From positions 640,001 through 704,000 of the forward strand of contig JBJBDL010000003.1 of assembly GCA_047285305.1 (NCBI GenBank): a stretch of DNA of 64,000 bases, written 5' to 3'. The notes beneath the pieces were generated by a model. It saw only the letters and a program-made list of their open reading frames with translations. It did no database searches and was not told where the DNA came from. This document shows, in pieces, positions 10,696-21,540 of the stretch. Position 1 is the stretch's first letter. The number at the start of each line of letters is the position of its first letter. Made by a program: the position numbers and the translations under genes. This DNA is from Synechococcus sp. GTDB lineage: Bacteria; Cyanobacteriota; Cyanobacteriia; PCC-6307; Cyanobiaceae.

Positions 10696-11580
10696 GTGCC
10701 CCCCTTCAGCCATGTGCCCGTGCTGGCCGATGCGGTGCTGGATGCGGCCCGGCAGATTCCCCGTGCGAATGGGCTGTTGATCGACGCCACCCTTGGCGGC
10801 GGCGGCCACAGCGCCCTTTTGCTGGAACAGCATCCCGGCCTGCGCCTGATCGGTCTGGACCAGGACGCCACGGCCCGGGCCGCGGCAGCGGAGCGTCTGG
10901 CCCCGTTCGGCGATCGCGTCTCGATCGTGGCCACCAACTTTGCCGACTATGTGCCGCCCGAGCCCGCCGTGATGGTGCTAGCGGATCTGGGGGTGAGCAG
11001 CCCGCAGCTGGATGTGGCGGAGCGGGGCTTCAGCTTTCGCCTGGATGGTCCCTTGGACATGCGGATGAATGCCGGCGGGGAGGGGGAGACCGCGGCTGAG
11101 CTGATTGATCGCCTGGAGGAGAACGAGCTGGCGGATCTGATCTATGGCTATGGGGAGGAGCGGCTCTCCCGTCGTATCGCTCGGCGGATCAAAGCGGACC
11201 TCAAGGACAAGGGCTCCTATGAGGGCACCGCGGCCTTGGCCTACGCCGTGGCCGGTTGCTATCCCCCCAAGGCGCGGCGGGGGCGGATTCACCCCGCCAC
11301 TCGCACCTTTCAGGCCCTGCGGATTGCGGTGAACGATGAGCTAGGGGTGCTGGATCGCCTGTTGCAGCAAGCCCCCGACTGGCTCGAGCCCGAGGGGCTT
11401 CTGGGGATCATCAGCTTCCATTCCCTGGAAGACCGCCGCGTCAAGACTGCTTTCCTGCGCGATGAGCGCTTGCAGCGGATCACCCGCAAGCCGGTGGTGG
11501 CCACCGAGCAGGAGGAGGAGGCCAACCCCCGCAGCCGCAGTGCCAAATGGCGTGTGGCCCAGCGTTTGCCCCCTGCTTAG
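10696..11580 (+). CDS. rsmH: 16S rRNA m4C1402 methyltransferase
   Basis: [41 protein letters not shown]. Confidence 0.96.
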   Translation: MPPFSHVPVLADAVLDAARQIPRANGLLIDATLGGGGHSALLLEQHPGLRLIGLDQDATARAAAAERLAPFGDRVSIVATNFADYVPPEPAVMVLADLGVSSPQLDVAERGFSFRLDGPLDMRMNAGGEGETAAELIDRLEENELADLIYGYGEERLSRRIARRIKADLKDKGSYEGTAALAYAVAGCYPPKARRGRIHPATRTFQALRIAVNDELGVLDRLLQQAPDWLEPEGLLGIISFHSLEDRRVKTAFLRDERLQRITRKPVVATEQEEEANPRSRSAKWRVAQRLPPA

Positions 11581-12749
11581 CGACTGCTGAAGAACCCGGT
11601 GGCAGTTGCGGCGTCGGTGATCGCTGAGATGGCCTGATCCACGTCGCTGGCTGTGGTCTCGCGCCCCAGGCTGAGCCGCAGGGAGGCTTCGGCTTCTGCC
11701 CGCGAGCGGCCGATCGCCTGGAGCACGTGGGATGGCGAGCCGTTGCTGCAGGCGGAGCCGCTGCTGCAGGCCAGGTGCGGTCGCAGGGCCCGGTGCAGGC
11801 GGCTGCCGTTCACCCTGGGCAGGCTGATGTTGAGGTTGTGGGGCAAGCGCGGCTGCAGGGCCCCATTGAGCAGCACACCGGGGAGGCGCTGTTGCAGGCC
11901 CTCCCACAGCTGATCGCGCAGGTGCTGTAGACGGCTGTTGCGCTGATCCTGCTCCTGCAGCGCGAGGCGGGCGGCAGCGGCAAAGCCCACGATCAAGGCG
12001 GTGGGCAGGGTGCCGGCCCGCAGCCCCGCTTCCTGGCCGCCCCCCCACTGCAGCGGTTCGATGGCGATGCCCTCCCGCAGCACCAGGGCGCCGATGCCCT
12101 TGGGTCCGTAGATCTTGTGGGCACTTAGGCTGAGCAGATCAACCCTCAGGGCATCAGGGTTCAGCGGCAGCGTTCCGAAGGCCTGGGCCCCATCGCTGTG
12201 CAGGGTGATGCCATGGGCCCGGCAGAGGGCACCCAGCGGCTCAAGCGGCTGGAGCACGCCGATTTCGTTGTTGGCCGCCATCACGCTCACCAGCCGCGTT
12301 TCAGGGGTGATTGCCTCCTCCAGCTGCTCGGGGCTGATCAGTCCATCGGGGCCTGGGGGCAGCAGCGTGACGCTGAACCCTTCCCGTTGCAGTTGCTGGA
12401 GCGGATCGAGCACGGCGTGGTGTTCGGTGGCCACGCTGATCAGATGCGCCTTGCCAAGTGCGCGGGCATGGCCCAGCAGGGCCAGGTTGTTGGCTTCGGT
12501 GGCTCCACTGGTGAACACCAGCCGTTCCGGCTTCACCCCCACCGCTTCCGCCAGCCGGCGCCGCGCCACGTTCACCGCGGCAGAGGCGCTGAGGCCGAGC
12601 CGATGCTGGCGGCTTGAGGCATTGCCCCAGTCCGCACTCCAGAAGGGCGCCATCGCCTCCACCACCTCAGCCGCACAGGGGGTGGTGGCTTGGAAATCAA
12701 AGGCGAGAGCCGAGCCGCTCAGGACGATGCAGGCAGATGTTGCGATCAT
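11577..12749 (-). CDS. Cysteine desulfurase, NifS/IscS type
   Basis: [27 protein letters not shown] (PLP lysine), SSGSACS; start uncertain. Confidence 0.92.
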   Translation of the reverse strand: MIATSACIVLSGSALAFDFQATTPCAAEVVEAMAPFWSADWGNASSRQHRLGLSASAAVNVARRRLAEAVGVKPERLVFTSGATEANNLALLGHARALGKAHLISVATEHHAVLDPLQQLQREGFSVTLLPPGPDGLISPEQLEEAITPETRLVSVMAANNEIGVLQPLEPLGALCRAHGITLHSDGAQAFGTLPLNPDALRVDLLSLSAHKIYGPKGIGALVLREGIAIEPLQWGGGQEAGLRAGTLPTALIVGFAAAARLALQEQDQRNSRLQHLRDQLWEGLQQRLPGVLLNGALQPRLPHNLNISLPRVNGSRLHRALRPHLACSSGSACSNGSPSHVLQAIGRSRAEAEASLRLSLGRETTASDVDQAISAITDAATATGFFSSR

Positions 12750-12775
12750 GGTGCTGCATTGCGAACAGCACTGGC

Positions 12776-13288
12776 ATGGGTCTGCGATTGGCAATGGCAC
12801 TGCTGGGCCTGAGCGGGCTCGTGTGCCTGCAACCCGCCAGTGGCTTCGACCGTGAGCAGGTGCTGGAGCAGATGCGGCAATCGCGGCCAGCCGATCTCAA
12901 GGTGCTGATCGAACGCCCTGCCCCTGTTGGCACCCTGTCGATCGGCATCTATGCGGTGAAACCAGCCTCGTCCAATCCCGACACCCGCAGCTATCAGTTG
13001 TGGGAGGAGTCGGCATCGGATCTGAACGTCTATGTGGAGAGCGTCAATTGCTCCCCAGAGAAGCCCTTGCGGGTCAAACGCACGCCGTCGACGGTTTATG
13101 TGCGCACCCTCAACCCCGGCGGTCCGATCACGGACGTGAACCGGGAGGATCACCTGGTGTGGTGGGCGGCCTGTGTGCCGGAGGTGGCGGGAACCGACCC
13201 TGCCACGTTGCGTCAGAAGGCTCTGGATCTGGGCTTTTCAACCCTGATTCCCGAACAGCAGGAGCAGTTACCCGCACTGGCCCGTTGA
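12776..13288 (+). CDS. Hypothetical exported protein
   Basis: Signal-peptide-like N-terminus (MALLGLSGLVCLQPASG) and two cysteines in the mature region; fills gap between divergent genes. Confidence 0.65.
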   Translation: MGLRLAMALLGLSGLVCLQPASGFDREQVLEQMRQSRPADLKVLIERPAPVGTLSIGIYAVKPASSNPDTRSYQLWEESASDLNVYVESVNCSPEKPLRVKRTPSTVYVRTLNPGGPITDVNREDHLVWWAACVPEVAGTDPATLRQKALDLGFSTLIPEQQEQLPALAR

Positions 13289-13327
13289 GCGTGCTCTCCA
13301 TACATTGCGGCCAGAGCGATTCCAGCC

Positions 13328-14065
13328 ATGAGCGACGCGCCCACCCCGACTGCTGAATCCGTAGAGGCCGCGGCGCCCGCCCCGCGTCTGTTGCTGGTGG
13401 ACGACGAGCCCGGTCTGCGCACGGCGGTGCAGGCCTACCTGGAAGACGAGGGCTTTGAGGTGACCACCGCGGTGGACGGGGAGGAAGGCTTCGCCAAGGC
13501 GCAGCAGATGCTGCCGGATGTGGTGATCAGCGACGTGATGATGCCGCGGCTGGATGGCTATGGCCTGCTGCAGAAGTTGCGCGCCGATGAACGGCTTGGT
13601 GGCACCCCGGTGATTTTCCTCACCGCCAAGGGCATGACGGCGGACCGCACCCAGGGCTATCTGGCCGGGGTGGATGACTACATCCCCAAGCCGTTCGATC
13701 CCGATGAGCTGGTGGCGCGGGTGCGCAACGTGGCCCAGCGCCAGCAACGGCTGCTGCAGGAGGCAGCGCGCTTTGCGGATACCGATATGGGCCAGATGGC
13801 TAAGCAGATCACCGAGATCCGTTCGCTGCTGGCCCAGGCCGAAGCGTTGCCCTCCACCGAGCCGGTGGTGCACAGCTTCACGCCGCGGGAGGCGAGTGTG
13901 CTGCAGCTGGTGGCGGAAGGATTGATGAACAAGGAGATTGCCCGGCAGCTGGAGACGTCGATCCGCAACGTGGAGAAGTACGTGAGCCGGCTGTTCAACA
14001 AGACGGGCACCTCCAGCCGCACGGAATTGGTGCGCTATGCCCTGGAGCACCGTCTGGTTACTTGA
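13328..14065 (+). CDS. ycf29: NarL/LuxR-family response regulator, Rre1/Ycf29-like
   Basis: Receiver domain (LLVDD, DVMMP, KPF) plus LuxR HTH FTPREASVLQLVAEGLMNKEIA...RNVEKYVSRL. Confidence 0.88.
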   Translation: MSDAPTPTAESVEAAAPAPRLLLVDDEPGLRTAVQAYLEDEGFEVTTAVDGEEGFAKAQQMLPDVVISDVMMPRLDGYGLLQKLRADERLGGTPVIFLTAKGMTADRTQGYLAGVDDYIPKPFDPDELVARVRNVAQRQQRLLQEAARFADTDMGQMAKQITEIRSLLAQAEALPSTEPVVHSFTPREASVLQLVAEGLMNKEIARQLETSIRNVEKYVSRLFNKTGTSSRTELVRYALEHRLVT

Positions 14066-15021
14066 AGGCTGGTTGGCGCGAGGCGGCGTTCAACAACGGT
14101 TGGACCTACCGCGACCGGGTGCCGCGGGCTGCTGCCGGCACTTTGGTGAGCGAATGGCTGGCGGATCGCTACCGCCACTCTGATGCTGGGTTGTGGCAGC
14201 AGCGGATCGCCGCCGGTGAGCTGGATTGGAACGAAGCGCTGCTGACCGGTGATCGAGCGTTACAGGGCGGTGAGACCCTCTGTTGGCGGCGTCCGCCCTG
14301 GTTGGAGGAGGCGATCCCCAATCAATGGGAGACGATCCACGACGACGGCGACCTGTTGGTGATCAACAAGCCTTCCGGTTTGCCGGTGATGCCCGGTGGT
14401 GGCTTCCTGCACCACACGCTCACGGCCTTGCTGGAACCTACCGGGGCCCGGCCGGTGCACCGCCTGGGGCGCTTCACCTCCGGTTTGCAGGTGTGTGCCC
14501 GCACGCCGCAAACCCGTGCCCTCTGGTCGAAGCAGTTCCGGCCCGACGGCGGTTGCCGCAAGGTGTATCAGGCCTGGAGTCAGCGGGTGCCGGGGTTGGA
14601 GTTGGGGCAGTGCCTAACGGTGAGCAGTGATGTGGTGGAACGGTCGCATCCGCTCTTGGGCTGGATCTGGGGGCCGGAACCGCTGAACGATGCGCCGATC
14701 CGCAAACGGCTTTCCGCCCACTCCGAGCTGGAGCTGTTGGAACGCACGGCTCAGGGCGATCGCTTGCAGGTGACGATCACCACCGGCCGGCCGCATCAGA
14801 TCCGCATTCATCTGGCGCAGCTGGGCAGTCCGCTGCTCGGGGATCCGTTGTATCTGATGAATCGCGAGATATCAGCCACCGCAACGCCCGGTGATGGGGG
14901 CTATCGGTTGCATGCCTGGCGGCTTTCGGGTCTCCCTCACTTGAGGGAGATCAACCTCCAGGTGGATCCCCCAAGTGAGGGAGATCAGGCCCTACGGAAC
15001 TCAATCAAGCGCGAGAAGTAG
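14062..15021 (+). CDS. RluA-family pseudouridine synthase
   Basis: INKPSGLPV, HRLGRFTSG, TGRPHQIRIH, GDPLY. Confidence 0.88.
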   Translation: MKAGWREAAFNNGWTYRDRVPRAAAGTLVSEWLADRYRHSDAGLWQQRIAAGELDWNEALLTGDRALQGGETLCWRRPPWLEEAIPNQWETIHDDGDLLVINKPSGLPVMPGGGFLHHTLTALLEPTGARPVHRLGRFTSGLQVCARTPQTRALWSKQFRPDGGCRKVYQAWSQRVPGLELGQCLTVSSDVVERSHPLLGWIWGPEPLNDAPIRKRLSAHSELELLERTAQGDRLQVTITTGRPHQIRIHLAQLGSPLLGDPLYLMNREISATATPGDGGYRLHAWRLSGLPHLREINLQVDPPSEGDQALRNSIKREK

Positions 15022-15698
15022 AAGGGGGCCTTGTTCAGGCTGCGGCGCACCAGCTTGAAACCGCAGGCTTCGGCTGCCTTCACGATGCCGTCTTCCTTGA
15101 GGGTGTAGGCCCGGGTGGTTTTGCTGGGGCCGGGGAACAGCTGGCCAATGCCCTTCAGCAGCGCCAGCAGCGGCGTGTAAGGCGCAAAGCTCACGATCAG
15201 GCGCTCTTCGGTGAGGCCGCAGAGGTGCTTCACCATCTCCTCGGCCGGTTGCTGGGGGTAGTGAATGAACACATCCAGGCAGCACACCGTGTGGAACGAG
15301 CCGCTCAGGCTTTCCAGGTCGCTGGCGAAGAAGTTCAGCTTGGCCATGTCGAGGCCAGCATCGCCGGCCCGGCGCTCGGCTTCCTGGGCCATGGCCTCTG
15401 AAATGTCGCTGGCGTTGATCGAGCCGGCCCCCATCGCCGCCAGCGGCAGGCTCAGGCTGCCCACACCACAGCCGGCGTCGCAGAAGCTCGCCTGGCTGAG
15501 TTCACCGCTCTCCTTGATCCAGGCCAGCACTTCATCCACGGTTTTCTGGTGACCGATGCGGATGTTGCGCTGCACCTTGTTCACGTCATCGCTGTCGCTG
15601 TAGATGCGGTTCCAGCGGTCGAAACCCGTGGTTTCGAAGTAGCCCTTCACCTCCTTTTTCTCGGCCTGTTTCTGCTCCAGCAGCTGATCGGGGGCCAT
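14985..15698 (-). CDS. chlM: Mg-protoporphyrin IX methyltransferase
   Basis: YFETTGFDRW, DAGCGVG SAM motif, CLDVFIHYP, SFAP. Confidence 0.96.
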   Translation of the reverse strand: MAPDQLLEQKQAEKKEVKGYFETTGFDRWNRIYSDSDDVNKVQRNIRIGHQKTVDEVLAWIKESGELSQASFCDAGCGVGSLSLPLAAMGAGSINASDISEAMAQEAERRAGDAGLDMAKLNFFASDLESLSGSFHTVCCLDVFIHYPQQPAEEMVKHLCGLTEERLIVSFAPYTPLLALLKGIGQLFPGPSKTTRAYTLKEDGIVKAAEACGFKLVRRSLNKAPFYFSRLIEFRRA

Positions 15699-15725
15699 GG
15701 CGGAAGGGTTTGTGTCGGCGGGATC

Positions 15726-16913
15726 CTAAGCAGCGCAGGCCCAGTGCAGATCACCCTCCTTCTGGTGCCAGCGCAGCAGTTGCGTCAGTGGCCGTCCCAC
15801 CAGGGCGTCCATGCACCCCGTTGCATCGCCGATCACCCGCCGCGGCGCCACCGTGGCGCTCCAGATCGCCGCACTGGGGGCGTCACTCCAGCGGGCCAGC
15901 CGTTTCACCCCCTCCAGTTGCGGCAGGGTCACTCCCGCCAGGGTGCCGTCCTCGAGGCGACAGGTGCCGTTCTCCACCAGCAGCACCCGCTCGTCCCAGC
16001 GGTGCTCTCCTTCGGCCAGGCCGTAGGGGGCCAGTGCATCGCTCACCAGCACCGTCTGCTCCGGTGCCAGCCGTTGCAACAGCACCGCCATCGTGGGGTG
16101 AACGTGCACGCCATCGGCGATCAGCCCCAGGGCAACCCCTCCGCGCCTGCAGGCTTCCCCCAGTGGCCCCGGTGCTCGGTGGTGCAACCCCGGCATGGCA
16201 TTGAAGGCGTGGGTGAGCATCGCCACTCCCTGATCGAACCCGGTGCTGGCCTGTTCGGCCGTGGCGGCGCTGTGGCCCAGGGCCACGCTGATGCCCAGCT
16301 CCCGCAGTCGCCCGATCACCGCAGCGGCTCCCTCCAGTTCGGGGGCCAGGGTGACCAGGGCAATCTCCGTTTCGAACCCACCAATCCGTTCCTCGAGAGC
16401 CTCCAGGCTGGGGCTGGCCAGGTGTTCACGGGGATGGGCACCGCGGCGGGCTTCGGCCAGAAAGGGGCCCTCCAGATGGGCCCCCAGCAGCTCGCAACGG
16501 CCGGGCCGGTGATGCTGCCGCGCTTGCCGCAGCACGGCCAGGGCCTGGCGCAGCGGCGTGATGCCACAGGTCACCAGGGTCGGGGCGATGGCTTCGACCC
16601 CATCGCGCCACAGCAGCTCGAGGAGTTGCAACAGCCGGGGTATATCCGCCTCGCTCAATTCCGGGAAGGCCAGCCCCAGCCCGCCATTGATCTGTAGGTC
16701 AACACCCCGGGGGCTGAGCCAGTCGCCCTTCCAGTTCGCATCGGCTTGTTGCGCCTCGTGTTGTGCCTCGGTGCCCATCGCCTCGATGCGGCAGATCAGC
16801 CCCTGGTCGTTCAGCTCGATCGCGTAGCGCTGGTCTCCGTCCCCAGGCAGGGGACCCGGCAGTCGAACGTTGGTGATCCGGTGCATCAACGCAACACTGG
16901 CTTCTGCGGCCAT
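15726..16913 (-). CDS. nagA: N-acetylglucosamine-6-phosphate deacetylase
   Basis: DLQING, HLEGPF, TLAPE, GHS, THAFNAM, DGVHVHP; start may be ATG at 16886. Confidence 0.93.
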   Translation of the reverse strand: MAAEASVALMHRITNVRLPGPLPGDGDQRYAIELNDQGLICRIEAMGTEAQHEAQQADANWKGDWLSPRGVDLQINGGLGLAFPELSEADIPRLLQLLELLWRDGVEAIAPTLVTCGITPLRQALAVLRQARQHHRPGRCELLGAHLEGPFLAEARRGAHPREHLASPSLEALEERIGGFETEIALVTLAPELEGAAAVIGRLRELGISVALGHSAATAEQASTGFDQGVAMLTHAFNAMPGLHHRAPGPLGEACRRGGVALGLIADGVHVHPTMAVLLQRLAPEQTVLVSDALAPYGLAEGEHRWDERVLLVENGTCRLEDGTLAGVTLPQLEGVKRLARWSDAPSAAIWSATVAPRRVIGDATGCMDALVGRPLTQLLRWHQKEGDLHWACAA

Positions 16914-16924
16914 GGCGGGAGACG

Positions 16925-17479
16925 ATGGCAGTCTTGCCCTTCTGCGTTGTGCCGCCAGTGCTACTCCGTGTTGCCGTTGTGATGGGCAGTGACTCTGACC
17001 TGCCCACCATGGAACCCGCCGCCGCCATCTTGCGCGAGTTGGGGGTAGAGGTGGAGGTTCGGGTGCTCTCGGCCCATCGCACCCCCTTGGAGATGGTGAA
17101 CTTCGCTCAAGCGGCCCGGGGTCAGGGGTTTGGGGTGATCGTCGCCGGCGCCGGAGGGGCGGCCCATCTTCCCGGCATGGTGGCGGCCCTCACCACGCTG
17201 CCCGTGATCGGCGTTCCAGTGAAAAGCCAGGCCCTGTCCGGGGTTGATTCCCTCCATTCGATCGTGCAGATGCCGGGGGGGATTCCTGTGGCCACCGTCG
17301 CCATCGGTGGGGGCCTCAATGCCGGCTTGCTGGCGGCGCAGATCCTTTCGGTGGCCGACTCCGACTTGGCCCGGAAACTTGAGGCCTACCGCAGCAGCCT
17401 TCACGATGCTGTGGTCGCCAAGGATGCGCGCCTGGTTGATCTGGGCAGCACGGATTACCTCTCCCAGATGACTTCATGA
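16925..17479 (+). CDS. purE: N5-CAIR mutase
   Basis: [37 protein letters not shown]; true start may be about 10 codons later. Confidence 0.96.
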   Translation: MAVLPFCVVPPVLLRVAVVMGSDSDLPTMEPAAAILRELGVEVEVRVLSAHRTPLEMVNFAQAARGQGFGVIVAGAGGAAHLPGMVAALTTLPVIGVPVKSQALSGVDSLHSIVQMPGGIPVATVAIGGGLNAGLLAAQILSVADSDLARKLEAYRSSLHDAVVAKDARLVDLGSTDYLSQMTS

Positions 17480-18105
17480 GTGTTCCCGTTCGTTCCACCC
17501 TGCGATCCACGCTGCTTTGGGCGGTGGTGCCGGCGGCCATCGTCTATGCGGTTGCCCTGGTCTGGAGTGGTGCTGAGGGCATCAGCGCCAAGCTGGTGTT
17601 GAAGGACTTGGCTTAGTCCTGCAAGGCGCCTTTGGGAGAAGGTTTCCTCTCCAGCGTGGGCTATCTGCTCTGGATGGCGGCGGCGGCTATTGCCTTGTTT
17701 GCGGCGTCCACTCGGCAGAGCCAGGGCTCCTTTTTGAATCGTCAATTCGCCCTCTGTGGGGGTGGTTTCTCACTTTGGCTCTGCCTCGACGACATGTTCC
17801 TGGTGCATGACCGCTACCTCGGTGAGGCGTTCCTTTACATCACCTACGCCTTCTTCACCGGGTTGCTGTTGTTCCGCTTCCGTTGCCCTCTGCGGCGCTT
17901 CGGTGGCGACACCTTTCTGGTGTCCGTGGTGTTGTTGGGCCTGTCGGTGTTGACCGATGCCCTCCAGGGGCTGTGGCCGGATTCCTACGAGACGGTGCAG
18001 ATTTTTGAGGAGGGATTCAAGTTCCTTGGGATTGCCGCCTGGCTCAGTTTTTGGTGCCATTACGTCAGTTCTTCCTCCAAGCCGGCCTCCCTTGAGCAGC
18101 ACTGA
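17476..18105 (+). pseudogene. Membrane protein gene interrupted by an in-frame TAG at 17614-17616
   Basis: ATG overlaps the purE stop (ATGA). Reads [57 protein letters not shown] and continues in frame into ORF 17632-18105. Confidence 0.75.
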
Positions 18106-18126
18106 TCGATTCGCGTCATCTCCTCG

Positions 18127-19212
18127 ATGACGCCCTGGCCGGCCTGGTTGCGGCTTGGTCTTCTGCTGCCTGTGCTGGGCTTGAACGCCTTTGTGCTGAA
18201 GCGTTTGCTGGTGCAGTTCGCCCCATTCCCCGGGCTGTTCCTCACCGCGGCCTTGATCGCCTTTTTGCTGGACCTGCCCTGCCGCTGGCTCTCGCAACGG
18301 GGTCTTCCCCGCGCCTGGGCCATCGTCAGCGTGGTCCTGGTGACCCTGGGGCTGCTGGTCTGGGCGGCTGTGGCCCTGGTGCCGCTGCTGATCGAACAGC
18401 TCAGCCAATTGCTCAGTGCCTCGCCGTCTCTGCTCACGGCGGCGGAGCAGTGGATCGATCGGGGTCAGCTCTGGGCGCTGGACCATGGCCTGCCGGCTGA
18501 TTTCGCTGATCTCAGCAGTGATCTGGTGGCTCAGTTCAGCCGTCTAGCGACGCAGTTGAGTCAACGCCTTTTGGGACTGCTGGGGGCCACGGTGGGCACC
18601 ACGATCAATGTGGTGATCGTGCTGGTGCTGGCGGTCTTCCTGCTGTTTGGGGCGGATCCGATCGTTGAAGGTCTGGCCCGCTGGCTGCCCGACCGTTGGC
18701 GGGATCTGGTGCAGACGACCCTCGAGCGCACCTTTCGGGGTTATTTCGCCGGCCAGGTGGTGCTGGCGCTGATCCTCAGTGGTGGTCAGCTTCTGGTGTT
18801 CACCGCCCTGAACATTCCCTACGGCGTCTTGTTCGCCGTGCTGATCGGCTTCACCACACTGGTGCCCTATGCCAGTGCCGTGTCGATCGTTTCGGTGAGT
18901 GCGGTGCTGGCGGTTCAGGACCCCCGCACAGGCCTTGAGTTGCTCGCCGCGGCGATCGTGGTCGGTCAGATCGTGGATCAGGTGATTCAACCGCGGCTGA
19001 TGGGCAGCATTGTTGGCTTGCAACCGGCCTGGTTGCTGATCGCCTTGCCCATCGGCGCCCGGGTGGGTGCGCTGTATGGCGTGGGGGATCTGCTGGGACT
19101 GCTGTTGGCGGTTCCGGTGGCCAGTTGCATCAAAAACCTGGCGGATGCCGCCAGGGCTGGCGAAGCCGACGTCAGGCGGCCGGAATCACCCCACGCTCCT
19201 GGAGCGCTTTGA
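18127..19212 (+). CDS. AI-2E (PerM) family transporter
   Basis: Polytopic; GYFAGQV, LVPY, DQVIQPRLMG motifs. Confidence 0.88.
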   Translation: MTPWPAWLRLGLLLPVLGLNAFVLKRLLVQFAPFPGLFLTAALIAFLLDLPCRWLSQRGLPRAWAIVSVVLVTLGLLVWAAVALVPLLIEQLSQLLSASPSLLTAAEQWIDRGQLWALDHGLPADFADLSSDLVAQFSRLATQLSQRLLGLLGATVGTTINVVIVLVLAVFLLFGADPIVEGLARWLPDRWRDLVQTTLERTFRGYFAGQVVLALILSGGQLLVFTALNIPYGVLFAVLIGFTTLVPYASAVSIVSVSAVLAVQDPRTGLELLAAAIVVGQIVDQVIQPRLMGSIVGLQPAWLLIALPIGARVGALYGVGDLLGLLLAVPVASCIKNLADAARAGEADVRRPESPHAPGAL

Positions 19213-19822
19213 TCACCAGCTCCACGGAGTCGGCCAGATCCTGCTTGCCGGTGTCGATCTTCAGTTCGGGCGTCTCAGGTGCTTCGTAGGGGCTGGAGAT
19301 GCCGGTGAATTCCTTGATCTGCCCTGCCCGTGCCTTGGCGTAGAGGCCTTTGGGGTCGCGGGATTCGCAGACCTCGAGATCAGCGGCGCAGAACACCTCG
19401 AGGAAGTCGCCGTCCTCCACCAGCTCACGGGCCTTGTCCCGGTCAGCACGGAAGGGCGACACAAAAGCGGTCAGCACGATCACGCCCGCATCCAGGAACA
19501 GTTTGGCCACTTCTCCGATGCGGCGGATGTTCTCTTCACGGTCGGCATCGGAGAAGCCCAGGTCTTTGCAGAGGCCGTGGCGGATGTTGTCGCCATCCAG
19601 CACATAGGTAGCGAGTCCCCGCTCAAACAGTGCTGCGTTGACGGCATTGGCCAGGGTGCTCTTTCCGGAGCCGGAGAGCCCGGTGAACCAAAGAATGGCG
19701 CTGCGGTGACCGCGCTGCTTCGAGCGCTCGTCGCGGCCCACGGAGGCCTCATGCCAGGCGATGTTGGTGGACGCACCTTTGTTGGTGAGCTCTCCGTAGG
19801 TGGGGCTGGCGGTCATGGCCAC
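19172..19822 (-). CDS. cysC: Adenylylsulfate kinase
   Basis: WFTGLSGSGKST, LDGDNIRHGL, FTGISSPYEAP. Confidence 0.96.
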   Translation of the reverse strand: MAMTASPTYGELTNKGASTNIAWHEASVGRDERSKQRGHRSAILWFTGLSGSGKSTLANAVNAALFERGLATYVLDGDNIRHGLCKDLGFSDADREENIRRIGEVAKLFLDAGVIVLTAFVSPFRADRDKARELVEDGDFLEVFCAADLEVCESRDPKGLYAKARAGQIKEFTGISSPYEAPETPELKIDTGKQDLADSVELVIKALQERGVIPAA

Positions 19823-19847
19823 GGCATGAAGTGGCGGTCATTCTCCC

Positions 19848-20174
19848 TTAGCCCCCAGCCCGCTTCGGCCGGTATCCCTCCTTGCTGAGCAGGTCGAGCG
19901 CCAGATCCACCTGATCTCCTTGCAGTTCGATCACGCCGTCCTTGGCGGTCCCGCCACTGCCGATGCGTGTTTTGAGCTTCTTCAGCAGCGCCTTGAAGCC
20001 CGCAGCATCCAGCTCCAGGCCCCGGATCACCGTCACGGTTTTGCCACCTTTGCCACCACGGGTGGGCTGCACCCGCACCATTTGCTGCGCCTTGGCTGTG
20101 GGCTCGGCCGCAGGGCCGCTTGGTCGCTGCAGGCTCTCGGCACTGCTGAATTCCTGCCAGCCTCCCTTCGGCAT
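19848..20174 (-). CDS. yciH: SUI1/eIF1-like translation initiation factor
   Basis: GGKGGKTVTVIRGL, GSGGTAKDGVIELQGD; ATG at 20174. Confidence 0.9.
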   Translation of the reverse strand: MPKGGWQEFSSAESLQRPSGPAAEPTAKAQQMVRVQPTRGGKGGKTVTVIRGLELDAAGFKALLKKLKTRIGSGGTAKDGVIELQGDQVDLALDLLSKEGYRPKRAGG

Positions 20175-20273
20175 CCACCCATCGCAACCGGGTTGCATTG
20201 TCGATGACCGCCGATGCGGCGCCCCATGGCGTGACCGCCTGCTTACGCTGAACCGACGCTCCGCCGTGGATCC

Positions 20274-21530
20274 GTGACCAGCACCCTGCCCAACGCCAGC
20301 ACTCCGGATCCCTCCAGCCTGCAGCCAGCGGTGCGCCCCGGAGCCCACGGTCGCTTCGGACGATTCGGTGGCCAGTACGTGCCCGAGACCCTGATGCCGG
20401 CTTTGGCGGAACTGGAGCAGGCAGCGGCCCAGGCCTGGAACGATCCCGCCTTCACCGCCGAGCTCAACCGCCTGCTCAAGAACTACGTCGGGCGCGCGAC
20501 ACCGTTGTATGAGGCCGAGCGTCTCACCGCCCACTATCGCCGCGCCGACGGTGGCCCCCGCATCTGGCTCAAGCGGGAAGACCTGAATCACACCGGTGCC
20601 CACAAGATCAACAACGCCCTGGGGCAGGCCCTGCTGGCCCTGCGCATGGGCAAGAAGCGGATCATTGCCGAGACCGGTGCGGGTCAGCACGGCGTCGCCA
20701 CGGCCACTGTCTGTGCTCGCTTTGGTCTGGATTGCGTGATCTACATGGGCGCGGAAGACATGCGCCGTCAGGCCCTCAATGTGTTCCGCATGCGCCTGCT
20801 GGGCGCCACGGTGCAACCGGTGACGGCCGGCACCGCCACCCTCAAGGATGCCACCAGCGAAGCGATCCGCGACTGGGTGACCAACGTCGAGACCACCCAC
20901 TACATCCTTGGATCCGTCGCTGGTCCCCACCCCTATCCGATGTTGGTGCGGGACTTCCATGCCGTGATCGGTGAAGAAGCACGTCAGCAATGCCGTGAAT
21001 CTTTCGGGCGGTTGCCTGATGTGCTCATGGCCTGCGTGGGTGGTGGCTCCAATGCCATGGGCCTGTTCCATCCCTTCGTCGAATGCACCGATGTGCGGCT
21101 GATCGGTGTTGAGGCCGCCGGTGATGGTGTGGCCACTGGTCGCCACGCCGCCACGATCACCGAGGGCCGCACCGGTGTGCTGCACGGCGCCATGAGCCTG
21201 CTGCTGCAGGACGGCGATGGCCAGGTGATGGAGGCCCACTCCATCAGCGCAGGTCTCGATTACCCCGGTGTGGGGCCGGAGCACAGCTACCTGCGGGAGA
21301 TCGGACGTGCCGAGTACGCCGCAGTCACCGACCAACAGGCCCTCGATGCCCTGCGCCTGGTGAGTGAGCTTGAGGGCATCATTCCAGCCCTGGAAACTGC
21401 CCACGCCTTCGCCTGGCTTGAGCAGCTCTGCCCCACCCTGGCCGACGGCACGGAAGTGGTGATCAACTGCTCCGGCCGCGGCGACAAGGACGTCAACACC
21501 GTGGCGGAGAAGCTGGGGGATCAGCTCTAA
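20274..21530 (+). CDS. trpB: Tryptophan synthase beta chain
   Basis: [37 protein letters not shown]. Confidence 0.98.
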   Translation: MTSTLPNASTPDPSSLQPAVRPGAHGRFGRFGGQYVPETLMPALAELEQAAAQAWNDPAFTAELNRLLKNYVGRATPLYEAERLTAHYRRADGGPRIWLKREDLNHTGAHKINNALGQALLALRMGKKRIIAETGAGQHGVATATVCARFGLDCVIYMGAEDMRRQALNVFRMRLLGATVQPVTAGTATLKDATSEAIRDWVTNVETTHYILGSVAGPHPYPMLVRDFHAVIGEEARQQCRESFGRLPDVLMACVGGGSNAMGLFHPFVECTDVRLIGVEAAGDGVATGRHAATITEGRTGVLHGAMSLLLQDGDGQVMEAHSISAGLDYPGVGPEHSYLREIGRAEYAAVTDQQALDALRLVSELEGIIPALETAHAFAWLEQLCPTLADGTEVVINCSGRGDKDVNTVAEKLGDQL

Positions 21531-21540
21531 GGAGCGGATC

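Noticed and set aside
10910..10917. HIP1 octamer GCGATCGC
   Set aside because: Only sporadic occurrences noticed, with no evident enrichment.
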